Positions 38,625 through 50,943 of a stretch of DNA of 64,000 nucleotides are shown in pieces; position 1 is the stretch's first letter; every line of letters begins with the position of its first letter. Source of the stretch: Octopus sinensis (lineage: Eukaryota); the NCBI RefSeq assembly GCF_006345805.1, contig NC_042997.1:151156001-151220000 (forward strand). Reading direction: 5' to 3'. Made by a program: the position numbers and the translations under genes. The notes below the pieces were generated by a model that saw only the letters and a list, made by a program, of their open reading frames with translations, searched no databases and was not told the origin of the DNA.

Positions 38625-38995
38625 GGAGTTAAACGCAGGTGTTACTCAAATTATTTTACTTCCTACACAGGTTCCGAAGATACCGTTGGTATTATTCCAA
38701 AGGGCTAAAATGGTGTAAAACAATGTAGTCTTCTCTTCGGTGAAATCAAGAAATAAAACTCGTCAATAAGACATTTTAACACAAAATGATGGATATGTAT
38801 AGTGATGAACTGAATGCTATACATATCCATCATAGTCTGATAAATGTTTTATTGATGTGTTTTATTTCTTCAGTTCCCTGAAGGGAAGATTACATTGTTT
38901 TACACCATTTTATTCCCTTGGAATAATACCAATGATATCATCGAAACATGTGTCGGAAGTAAAAGAATTTGAATAACACCTGCGTTTAAATCCAT
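38623..38995. repeat. Long imperfect palindrome (fold-back element), ~180-bp arms and a 14-nt loop
   Basis: Arm 38623-38802 aligns by eye with the reverse complement of 38817-38995 at roughly 85% identity. Confidence 0.92.
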
Positions 38996-39154
38996 TTTTT
39001 TAATTTATATATATCATACAAAATATTTTACATAAACCCGGAGTTTCTACCTTTAAAAACAAGGTATTACGCTCTTTTGTGTGACATTTTGCTACCCTGG
39101 AAACTGTTTATCTATTTTTCCGTGTTAATTGTAAACAAAGGGTGAAATAAACAC

Positions 39155-39528
<374 letters not shown>

Positions 39529-39646
39529 ATATTTCGGAATGGTCATTTTGCCAGTTTAGCCAATAAAAACACACGCACTATATATTTGATGTTACTTTGC
39601 TTCAGTGTTATTTATTTATTTTTTACATTAATCTTAATCTTATTTC

Positions 39647-39690
39647 GGCCAGAGTTCTTTCGTCACACTCCTGTGACCGCATCAGTGGTC
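39647..39690 (-). ncRNA. Minimal type I hammerhead-like motif
   Basis: Minus strand GACCA-CTGATGC-G-GTCAC[AGGAGT]GTGAC-GAAA-GAAC-TC-TGGCC. Stem I CCA/TGG, 5-bp stem II, A9>C in the core. Confidence 0.6.
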
Positions 39691-41423
39691 CTTTGTTTTC
39701 TTCTTTCTTATTTGTGTCTCTCCTTACTAACCGTCAGCCATTTTGTATTTTTATTGTACGTCTTCATTTGCGCATGCTTATATCTCTATGTGCGTCTATA
39801 TTTATTTAGTGTGTGTGGGGGGGATGCCTGTAATATTTGTATCTTCTGTTTATATACGTTTATGTAATTTGTTTTTGTTGTTGCTGTTTTTGTTTATTAT
39901 TATTTTGTTCATGTGTTTACATCCACTTATTATTATCATTACATATGCTTGTATGTATGTATGTATAACAACAATAGTAGTAATAATAATAATAAATCGG
40001 AAATAAATAATATTGTTATTTATCTGTGTGTTTATTATGTTTTCGGGATCCTCTACCGTCATATGTTGTGGTGTGTGCTAGTGTTCCATTCTAGTTTTCT
40101 ATTCAGGCTAGGTTTATTTTCTATTATGTGTGTAGCTTCTGTAATTTGTCTGATTGTTGCATCTGTTCTATGTGTGGACAACATTTTAATTTCTATGTTA
40201 TTGATTGATCCCACTATATATATATATGTATTTATGAGTCAGACAGTGCATAGTTACTGTTGAGTGTTCCCCGTGTCTGTACGTGTTCTCCAGCACTGGA
40301 GCCATTTCATGAGAATAACTCTCATAGTGTGAATAAAATTTTGCCAACTCGCATGATATTATTTGACAAATTATGTCTATATCCATTCTATTTTTATCAG
40401 TTCGAGACTTACCCTGTTGATACTCAGTCGATGCTCGGTATAATGTTTTAAACCAGGTGAAAATGAAGATATTAATAAACCACCTCACTGTAACATTCCT
40501 ATATCAGTTTATAACCCATTTAGATTTGCATCACCTTGTTACCAGTACATTGAGTGTTGTAATTGAAATATATTAAGCGAGTGTATGATTCTTGAACTAT
40601 TTAGGCGTTCTAAACGGATATATGAATGGAAGATATTCAATGAATCTCTTTAATATATTTCATAGCAGAGAGACTTTAATGGCTAAATAAGCAATGCGAA
40701 AATCGAAAGAATGTATGAATTACTAGCTTGCATAGCATCTAAGCTGCGTGCTTTCCATTTTCTTTCTCAATTGAAATTATTAGTGCAATTTTAAAACTAT
40801 AGAATACAACTTATATGTAAGATAAACTATAATTTACAGAGATACAAGAAGAAGACTCATGAATGAAGAATAGATAGAGGAAGAATTCAGTGTGCCAATT
40901 TTCTTGCAATTCATTTGAGAAATATATCCAAGATATAATGCGCCAATTCAGAACCGAAATAAGATTGAGAAAAGTCTCTTACGAGTATCTGTCCATAATG
41001 TTGCATATAATTTACGAGTTTTCGTGTAAACGTCAGACAGTCCATGGGGCCTGACACCATAATTGTGCTTCAAAAATTATAAATATATCGAATATTCAAT
41101 TGAGTAGCAACTTCCCTTCTCAGCATCACAAGCTATAGTAAGCACCCACTCACACCCACACCTCACAAAAATTTGAAGACCATAAAACTAAACAACGATT
41201 CCAGTACATTTCAGTGTTTGCTTACAATTTTCTTTCACAGTTTAAATAAACACAACACTAAGAACGCGGTCTTACTAGAACTGACCCGAGAAATGAATGC
41301 ATGAAAGGTACCTAAATATCATTATAATATGCAACAAAAATACAATTTATTTTGTATGCTAAATTTTTCTTTATATTTCGTAATATTAATATCTTTCATA
41401 CATGTCAGTATTATTATGATTAT

Positions 41424-41913
41424 TAAGTCGCGACCAAGACGAAACGTTAGCACGCCGGGCAAAATGCTTTGCGGTATTTCGTCTGCGTTACGTTGTGAGT
41501 TCAAATTCCGCCGAGGTCGACTTTGCCTTTCATCCTTTCGGGGTCGATAAATTAAGTACCAGTTAGGCACTGGGGTCGATGTAATCGACTTAATACCTAT
41601 GTCTGTCCTTGTTTGTCCCCTCTGTGTTTAGCCCCTTGTGGGTAATAAAGAAATAGGTATTTCGTCTGCCTCTACGTTCTGATTTCAAATTCTGCCGAGG
41701 TCGACTTTGCCTTTAATCCTTTCGGGGTTGATTAAATAAGTACCAGTTACGCACTGGGGTCGATATAATCGACTTAATCCGTTTGTCTGTCCTTGCTTGT
41801 CCTGTCTGCGTTTAGCCCTTTGTGGGTAGTAAAGAAATAGGTATTTCGTCAGCCGTCCATTGGCCCCTCCCCCAAAACTTCGGGCCTTGTGCCTAGAGTA
41901 GAAAAAACTATTT
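41424..41913 (+). mobile_element. OK-type SINE with tandem reiteration of a 183/184-bp unit
   Basis: GGTATTTCGTC starts at 41473, 41656 and 41840. Each unit carries a B-box-like motif and the GGGGTCGAT motifs. Confidence 0.88.
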
Positions 41914-41923
41914 TTGTCGTTAT

Positions 41924-42132
41924 GTTGGGGAGCTAGCACACTCGTTAGCCCACCGGGTAAAATGCTTAACGGCATATCGTCCGTCATTGTGTTCTTAGTT
42001 CAAATTCCGCCAAGGTAGTTTTGCCTTTCATACTTTCAGTGTCAATAAAATAACCAGTTGAGCTCTAGGATCGATGTAATCGACTTAACCGCTCCTTCTA
42101 ACTCGCTGACCATGCGACAAAATTTCAAGTCA
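41924..42132 (+). mobile_element. Older diverged OK-type SINE
   Basis: AGTTCAAATTCCGCC...TTTGCCTTTCAT...GATCGATGTAATCGACTTAACC. Confidence 0.75.
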
Positions 42133-42745
42133 TTATTATTGTTGTTTTCAGTCCAAGGACAGTCCTGTCAGTTATATACATTCAGTCACTCCTGTGTATT
42201 ACTTTATTCAGGCACAGAAAAACTCTACCCAGTGAATTCACTCGTAACAGTCTAGGATTTGTGAAATGAAAGACACCTAACTGTTGTATCTAGCTTGACA
42301 AACGACACCATATATATATATATATATAAGTACAACATATTTATGTGTGTGTATACATACATGAATGTATGTATGTATGTATGTGTATGTGTGTATATGT
42401 ATGTATGTATGTGTATGTATGTATGTGTGTATGTATATGTATATATGTATGTTTATGTATGTATGTGTATGTATCTATGTGTGTATGTATGTATGTGTGT
42501 ATGTGTGTATGTACGAACGTATGTGTGTGTATGTGTGTATATAGGTATGTACGTATGTGTGTGTGTGTATATAATCGTCCGAAAACACATAATCATTATC
42601 AAAAGGAATTAATAAATATTTTAAAAGGTAAGATTGTAGAATATTTCTTCACTACGGGTTAAAATATTTGATCAGCAAAGACAAAGCGGTCTTATTCACC
42701 TTTTTATGAAAGTGTTTCACAATTACGCGATGAATAATAATTTGA

Positions 42746-42923
42746 CCAGGAGTGGCTGTGTGGTAAAAAGCTTCCTTCACATCAACGTCGTTCCGGGTTC
42801 AGTCACAATGCGTGGCACCTTGGGCTAGAATTTTCTACTATAGCCTCAGGCCGACCAAAGCCTTGTGAGTAGATTTGGTAGACGAACGCTGAAAGAAGCC
42901 TGTCGTATATACATGTATATATA

Positions 42924-42957
<34 letters not shown>

Positions 42958-43164
42958 CCTTTGTGTCTTTGTTTGCCCTCCTCCACCACCATCGCTTGAC
43001 AACCGATGTTCGTGTGTTTACGTCCCCGTAATTTAGCAGTTTCACAGATAGAATGAATACCAGGCTTACAAAGAATAAGTACAGGGGTCAATTTCTTCGA
43101 TTCATATGCGGTGCTCCAGTATGGCACCAGTCAAATGACTGAAACAAGTAAAAGAATAAAAGAA
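42746..43164 (+). mobile_element. OR-type tRNA-derived SINE, near full length
   Basis: GGAGTGGCTGTGTGGTAA head, GGTTCAGTC box, internal (TG)n, tail CAGTCAAATGACTGAAACAAGTAAAAGAATAAAAGAA. Confidence 0.88.
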
Positions 43165-43770
43165 CATCTTATATTGTAATTTCCGTCAAAAAGCATATTT
43201 ACAAACATTTACCCTTCCACTATTTGTATTTATGCTGTAGTACAAGTAAATTTGTGAGTTACGTTAATTGGGAAAATATAAAGAAGAGCAGCTGATATGG
43301 AAGTAATTCAGCCCAGAGAAGACACTTAATGGAAAACACCGCTATATGAAAGCATATTTCGATATCAGCCTGTTACCTACCAAACAAATGCACGCGCAAG
43401 CTCGCTCACACGTGCAAAGATGAACAGACACATATTAGAAGTATAATAGAAACCTCGCGTGAAGTAAATGAATTTTAGCTGTCAAATGATTCTTGCAAAA
43501 TTCTTTTGTTTCGTCGATTTCTAAAGCACTTCTAATTCTCCTACTTTCTTACCATTTTAATATTCCTGGAAACGCAATTAAAGATGCCAAATTCGAATTT
43601 TATTCTTCGATTTTTAAAATCGTACCTATAAAGAATATTTCTTGACTCAAGGCTTTTGGCGCCAAATTCAGTTGCGTCTCTCTCTAAGCCAATAGTGTCG
43701 AGGAAATACAAACGAAATGCAGCGTACTTCACATTTGGAAAAAAGTTTTTCGCTTTGAAGAATGTACTGG

Positions 43771-43927
43771 GAGAGGAGGAGCAGGAGGAGCAGGAGGAGC
43801 AGAAGGAGGAGGAGGAGGAGGTGGTGGTGGTGGAGGAGGAGGAGGAGGAGGAGGAGAAGCAGAAGAAGAAGAAGAAGAAGAAGAAGAAGAAGAAGAAGAA
43901 GAAGAAGAAGAAGAAGAAGAAGAAGAA
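43771..43927. repeat. (GAG)n-(GAA)n polypurine microsatellite
   Basis: Direct reading. Confidence 0.95.
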
Positions 43928-45364
43928 AGAAGCGACTGCAGCATCTACACTATTAAAGAAAGAAGATTGAGTAGCAAAAATATTAATGCTAGAAATATAT
44001 AGAACGAAATGCCGCGTAGATTTATCGACCGTATTTCTGAAGATGCATTCAATAAAATTTCCGACAGAAAAAAAAAAAAACGAAAAACCGAAGGATTGAA
44101 ATAATTTTAATTAGAAGTTACTGCTGAAACGACGATGTTATAATCAGCCAGATTGCTCTTTATATCGAACTAGATAGATAAATGTGAATTGTAAAATGAT
44201 TATAAAGCGTAAAGAAAAATAAATTCGCAAAACAAGAAAATAAAGAAGCTAACCTACTCAAGACTCAAAAGGATTTTGGTTATTAATTTGATCGATGAAT
44301 AATACTTTTTAGCAGATAACGCAGCGAAATCTAAAATAACTGAGTCAGCAATGGGAATTAAATCGAATTATGTATTGCTTTACATTTTGCGTCGTTATTA
44401 TTATTATCATCATCATCATCATCATCATTATCGTCGTCGTCATCGTCGTCGTCATTTTCGTTATTTATTTTAGAAACGTAGAAACGCAAAGTACAAAAAT
44501 TATAGAGAAGTGGGAAATGAGAAATAAAAAAAAAGCATTAAATATACAAATAATTATTTGTATCGAAATGATGGCATTATAGCATATATTGGTTACGAAT
44601 ATTTCCATTGCCATTTTCAATAGCCTGAAGCTTTAAAAGAAATATTACTAATTCAAAGATGTGTCCAAATTAATATGCTGTTTTACTGCTTCATGCGTAA
44701 AATACTTGTGTTGTGTACGATACAAGTAAAATTACGAAAGAGAACTAAAAGCAACGATATGTTCAACAGCGTTGCCATATATCAACGGTATATTTTCAAT
44801 ATATTAAAAATACTGTGTTGAGAATTCTCTGTGACGAGCATAAGAAATAGCAAACCTTAAAATATTCAATCACAAATACTAAAATATCTTGTGTTCAAAC
44901 AAGTATTTCAGCTGATATATAAAAATCCTAAAAGGCCTGTAGCTTTTGTTATAAATAATTAAAATGTTATTTCCCCATCTTTTATTTTTTTCTCTCTCTC
45001 TGAGATTTCATTACATAAAGATGATAATTTTTATCTGATTGAGTAGGGACTCTAAGAGGTTATCTTTCTGCCTGTTACGCTTTGGAATATTAAGATTAAC
45101 ATTTGATTAAAGACTCCGACTAGCTATAAATAGTACCGCGTAAGTTAATTCGTAGTATAGACTATTCTTTGGCATTTTACTCAATGATTAATTTCATAGA
45201 CGAATTTAATTTCTACTGGTCATTACTGCATTCATCATTTACATGGAGGAAATTAATGCACTCATATTTTTATTTTCAGAAAATACTACGTGTCAAATGT
45301 TTTATATGTGCTTCTGTTGTGTGTATGTGTGTTTGTGTGTGTGTCTATTTACGCATATCTATAT

Positions 45365-45424
45365 GGAGGCGCAATGGCCCAGTGGTTAGGGCAGCGGACA
45401 CGCGGTCGAAGGATCTCAGTTTCG
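45365..45424 (+). mobile_element. Isolated tRNA-like SINE head
   Basis: GGCGCAATGGCCCAGTGGTTAGGGCAGCGG...GTTTCG has an A-box but is truncated at the T arm, with no acceptor 3' strand. Confidence 0.65.
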
Positions 45425-46110
45425 TAAAGATGAAGAGCTCTCCCATTATGACGACTGTTGCTTCGTCTCAGTTTCCTACTCGTAGACCCAGCTCTTATCG
45501 CCAGTGATTATTCTCAGCATGAAGGATGGGGTATCAGTGGAATGCTGACGGGGATCCTGCCGTATCTCGATGCGATTTTCTTCTGCTCAGTTGTCAGCAG
45601 GCGGTAGACAAACTTGGCAGAGTTATAACGCTTGTTCGATTCGGACGTGATTCTCTGCACGGACACATATGACAAACTAACAACATCAGCAATGCCGATG
45701 ATTGAAATCCAATGACCCTCATGCACAGGATAATGACTTTTCTCCACAGGTCTGTGGTTGACGCTCGTGGCAGATCTCTCAGATCGCTCGTCGGCTTTTA
45801 GGGACGTTCATCCACTCTTTAAACACACTTGATTCTCTAAATATTGCTTACAACCCATCGCTTCGTCACCGTATGTGGCCGAATCATGCTCACTGTCTAT
45901 GTAGCAGACTTAAGGCGAAATTTCACGTTCGCCCTTTGCTCCAACTTCCTAACCATGACAGAATAGCAGACTACAGCATTGATATTGCTTCGTCACCGTA
46001 TGTGGCCGAAGCATGCTTAATGTCTATGTAGCAGACTTACGGTGAAATTTCATGTTCGCTCTTTGTTTCAACTTCCTATCCATGACAAAATAGAAGACTA
46101 CAGCATACAT
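45424..46110 (-). mobile_element. Mariner transposase relic (N-terminus to first catalytic D), 5' part duplicated
   Basis: MVRKLEQRANVKF...YGDEAM...DERS...SAKFVYRLLTTEQK...RIITGDKSWVYE*ETETKQQSS*W. Confidence 0.82.
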
Positions 46111-47290
46111 GTGATCACAAAAATAGGAATCTGCGAAGTAAACACAGCGATGTCACACGGCACACAGCCTCATGAAGGTCACTGCTAGCTCTCACTATGC
46201 ACGCAACCGTGTACTGCCATCTGAAGGGTGAACAGGACTTTTTCTTGACCTACTTCCGAATTTATTCTCTGCACGTTGTTCAGCAATGATGTTATGGAAG
46301 GAGAACTTTTGTTTCATTTTGCTGAATGATCTATTCCCTGTTTTATCAACCAAAAGAATAGCAGAAAAATTCTTAAATATTTTCTGCTTTACAAAATGGA
46401 TTACAGCTCCAGTTTTAGCTGTGAGCGTATCTGATTGTTAAATGTGCAGACAGCGGGAGAGGTTTATAAAGTTTTGGAAACAAGCACAATAGAAAAGTGT
46501 AATAAGTATATTCGTTAAAAATTACTTGCTTATGCTTGAGAAAATACTAATTTCCCACCAATCAGAAATGACCGCCATCCGTAGTACACTAAACTATATG
46601 CGAACAGATGAAAGCATTGTAACTGGATCTTGTGTAAACAAAATTCGAGAATTTATCTCTCCAACCAAAACTCATCACCTTCTTGAAAGTCGCTGGAGGC
46701 GGAAGGCTAGGACGGGGAATAATGCTCTGTACGTAAGCAAATTTGATAAAGTAGCTGTGTAACAGAAAAGCCTAGTTGTTGCATATTTAAAACTTCAGCT
46801 GCAGTTAAGAAGGGAGGAAGAACGATCCTTATTACAAGCAGTTCTTACACTATTTTTCAAGATTTTTAGTATATATTCTATGTATATTCAATCTCTCTCT
46901 ATGTGATTGTCTGTTTTGGAGGGTTTTTTTCAGTCGTATGTATGTGGATGGCAGATCATTGAGGAGAAATTAATAAAACGTTAAATAATTTTGTAACCAA
47001 TATACTTTCAATAGCTTCGACACCAAAAAAAAGAGTACATTCCTGCGGTGTTGCAGCACTTTCTATAGAAGAAGTGGAAACTTTAGTATTGCGTAGATGT
47101 TTTCTGTGAGTTATGTTGATAACTAAAAAAAAGTAATACGTTTAGTGTGTTCAGTTGATAGCATAATTGCGATGATGGTATAAGAAGTACTTAAACCTAC
47201 GTAGGCTATTGTTTTAGACTGCACAGAGAATTTTCAGCCATGATTTTGTTGTGTTTTGTTTACTTTTTATTATATCTTTTATTTTTTATC

Positions 47291-47496
47291 TTTTACTTGC
47301 TTTAGTCATTTGACTGCGACCATGCTGGGGTATCGCCTTGAAGTGTTTTAGTCGAACAAAATCGACACCAGGACTTATTTTCTAAAGCCTACTCTATCGG
47401 TCTTTTCTGCAGATCTGTTAACGGGGACGTAAACACCGGATGTCAAGTGGTGGTGACGGTCAAACACAGACACAAAGACACACATGCACACATACA

Positions 47497-47530
<34 letters not shown>

Positions 47531-47536
47531 CATACA

Positions 47537-47589
<53 letters not shown>

Positions 47590-47733
47590 GTGTGTGTGTG
47601 TGTGTGTGATAGTATTCTTTTAGTTTTGGCCTGCCAAATTCACTCACAAGAATTTGATCGGCTCGAGGCTATAACAGAAGACAAAGAACTATGTCGCTGG
47701 GAAGCAAGCATCTTACCATGCACCCACGCCTGT
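47291..47733 (-). mobile_element. Diverged OR-type SINE with an expanded internal microsatellite
   Basis: Reverse-complement tail GGCGATACCCCAGCATGGTCGCAGTCAAATGACT. Body motif GGGGACGTAAACAC. (TACA)n(TG)n core. Confidence 0.8.
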
Positions 47734-48859
47734 AGTGCCTCAGTTATTTATATTAATATTTTCCAGTAAACTCATTATTAAAACTCATTTTCACAGCACC
47801 ACTGAGTGCAATATTGAGCACAATCCTGATGCGTAATCTTGAGCACAATCTTGATGCGTATTGTTCATTTTCTCCTTCCTGTTACACTGAAAGTATACTT
47901 TGTCACGTATGTACAGTGGCTAGTAGTGTTATTTCCTCTTAACTTTTCCTATTTGTAAACTATCTGCGTCTGTTATTGTATTTTTTCCTATGTTTTTAAA
48001 TTGCTTCCAAAACGTCTATAAGTATGGTTTCCGTTGTCTGCATACCACTCAAAGAACGCTTATTAGCATATGTGTTGTTTTTGCTTTCATTCCATACAGT
48101 CTAATGATATCTGTTTTCAGATCTTTATTTTTATAATTTCTATATGTTGTTCAGAAATACATTATCGTCTGCAGGTAGTATTATTCTAAAGAGGAAGCAA
48201 TTTCTTTTGTAGTGAACCTTGACAGTAATATTGTCTCCAGCATCTATTTGCAAATTGACAAATCCCAGAATGTGGTGGCTTTGTCACAATCACTTTTCTC
48301 TTCGTATTATATAATACAGGCATAATTTCTAATGTATTCAATCCCATTATACCATGCTTGTAGAAGTATACTCTTTTGGCTAAATTTCGACAGACAAAAA
48401 CAATAAGAATAATTTGTATTTAATAGCTTCCTCATATTTTCTTCCTACATAATGTAGTTTGTTCTATGACCTGTTTCTTGTGCGAAGTCTTTCAAACTGT
48501 ATTACAAACAATTATCGTTTAGTTTCAACGTTATATTTCGTGCTTCTCCCCTAGTGCTTGCTGTAATTTGATAGTTGTACCTGGCACTTAGTTCAGCTTT
48601 TTAGGCATTGGCCGTATAGAAATCGTTTGTGATCGTTTTGCTACCGCATTCTCTCACCACATTTTAAACTAACTGTTATCCTTTACAACATTTCTTTCGT
48701 CTTTTTCTCTCACCTGCTGACAAACCCACAAATTTCAGGTGTCAAGCTAGAGTTTATTGATTTCCTCGAATGACAAAAATAAAAGTATTAGCTTCGTTTT
48801 GTTTTTAAGTCTTTCTATTTTCCATTCCTACATATGTTTTGATAATTCTATGGTATATA

Positions 48860-49260
48860 TCTCTCTACATATAAAGCTGAAGTTGTCTGTGTATGGCAGG
48901 CTCGATAGCCTTCAACTAACACTATCTCCTCCGAAACCCTGTGGCGCAAGTTGACCAAAATTGAGAGTATGATAGAAGAAGGCTTTCTCTTCCTTCCGTT
49001 GAAGAAAAAATTCAAATCAGACCATGTTAACACCAAACATTATTTACATCAAAAAGGTGCTCTTTTTCTAAGAAAATTCCTATTTTTTACGATTTTTTTT
49101 ACTGCTGTGTCACCATTTTTCGGTGTATTTCAACCAGAAAAATGTTCACTTAAAGAGAATATCAAGCTACATAGCGCAAAACTTTTACTTTTCAAAAATT
49201 CCAATTCTAAAGAATCTAAGCAAACCCGAGCAATGCCGGGCGATACTGCTATACTGCTAG
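48860..49260 (+). mobile_element. Non-autonomous Helitron (~400 bp)
   Basis: Starts TC after A48859 and ends CTAG before T49261. Subterminal hairpin CCCG-AGCAATGC-CGGG at 49225-49240. No target-site duplication. Confidence 0.78.
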
Positions 49261-50557
49261 TTTTATGATAAAGTTATATTTGCATTAGCCCTGTGCATGT
49301 GCAATAAACACACTTTCCAATCAGATTTTATGCGGTTATTATTTACTTGTAGGGACGTGGTATTTTGTTATGAAACCATAATATACTCTAAAGTACATCA
49401 AATGTTTTTACAAGTTGATACCGCGTTCTGCTGAGTTAGCAGTGTTATTGAATCACATGTTAAGGTTATCGCTACAGACTGTCTATAGAAATTATAAGCT
49501 CCGATTTTGTTACGACATTTTGTATCTGAGACTCTAAATGTAAGCAAACAATGAAATACGGCCGTTACTTTTTTGATTTGTGCCTTGTCTTGCTAACTCA
49601 TTCGGGGGCCGGTTGAGAATATTCTCTTTATAAATTACTATTGACACAACTAATTTATTGATGCGTATCGTATTTTGTCATTAAAATTTTACTGTTTTAG
49701 ATATTAATCTACGTCATGAATATACATCTACATAATTTTATCATTTACTGTGTTACAAGAATATATTGTCTAATTCATTGGTTCATATATGTATCTATGC
49801 GAGTATAATTTGTTTGATTGTCTACTTTGTTTATCTATAGAGCATAATAGTTCTTAATTAATGCTGCATTGTTTGAAATTGTCTAGGCACATGCTTCCAA
49901 TCTTAATCTCACAGCAATAATTCTTTTAATAAATCCGTCTGTTGCCTATAGCTGTCTTCTTGTATAAAATTGTCATAATAATTATCTGAACAAAATAATA
50001 GTGCGAATCTAGTCTGGTCTAACAGGCTGGCTAAAGTTACCGCTAGTCAGAAAAGTAGCCGGGGAAAACAATTCCCATGGAAAATTCTTACTGCAGTTAA
50101 AATAATATTTTAACATGTTCTGTATATGTGCAATTATGTGCACTACGCTCTGGACGGTTTTAATGTGTCTTCATATTACTGATTGTAAGTTACTAATGAA
50201 TAATATATCCAGATACCATGTCTGGGGAACATCGTCACTCTGGAGGACCTTCATCCTTCAGCTATGTGTTATCTGTTGCTGATCAACAATGGAAATCTTT
50301 AGAACGGTTTGAGCAGTTGTTGAATTCGTTATGCTCTTCTGAATAGAAGCTGTCATTCTGAATATCTTTCTCCTGTATGCGATATTATTGCAGTTAAATC
50401 TCCGTAACCTCTAGGCAGATATATTATGTGCATTTAATGTTTAACATTCATTGTTTATCTAAACTGGGGTTTTAAGATGTTTCTCATTAGATATTCAGGC
50501 ACGTATTCATCTGTGAAACTGTAAATATTAAAATTCCCTCCTAGTGTCATATATATA

Positions 50558-50614
<57 letters not shown>

Positions 50615-50867
50615 ATATATTAACCTTAAGTTTATATTTCTATTTTGATTTTCTATTATGAGTTCAATAAAATACTTTTGGATGAATTCGAACTAATTTA
50701 CCTAAAAGGATTTCATCACTTTAAGCTAATGAAATATTTCCGATCTTTCGAAGAACGTTGAATCAGGCGACATATGATTTCCTATGTCGATATAGTAGCT
50801 GCGTTGTTGTGGCTGTTATTTATGCTGTCCTTGTTTTTGTTATAGTTGTTGTTGCTGTTGTTGTTAT

Positions 50868-50872
50868 TATCA

Positions 50873-50940
<68 letters not shown>
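50868..50940. repeat. (ATT)n microsatellite; (TAA)n 3' flank of element A
   Basis: Direct reading. Confidence 0.95.

Positions 50941-50943
<3 letters not shown>

Noticed and set aside
38925-38960. Hammerhead within the long palindrome (GAAACATGT)
   Set aside because: No CUGANGA core or valid NUH site could be placed.
40198-40488. 96-aa minus-strand ORF in non-repetitive sequence
   Set aside because: No recognisable motif, and the length is within chance expectation.
43656-43970. E/K-rich 104-aa ORF
   Set aside because: It is a translation of the (GAG)n/(GAA)n microsatellite with no domain or splice support.
45365-45424. tRNA gene
   Set aside because: Only the 5' half is tRNA-like and no acceptor stem closes; it is best read as a SINE head.
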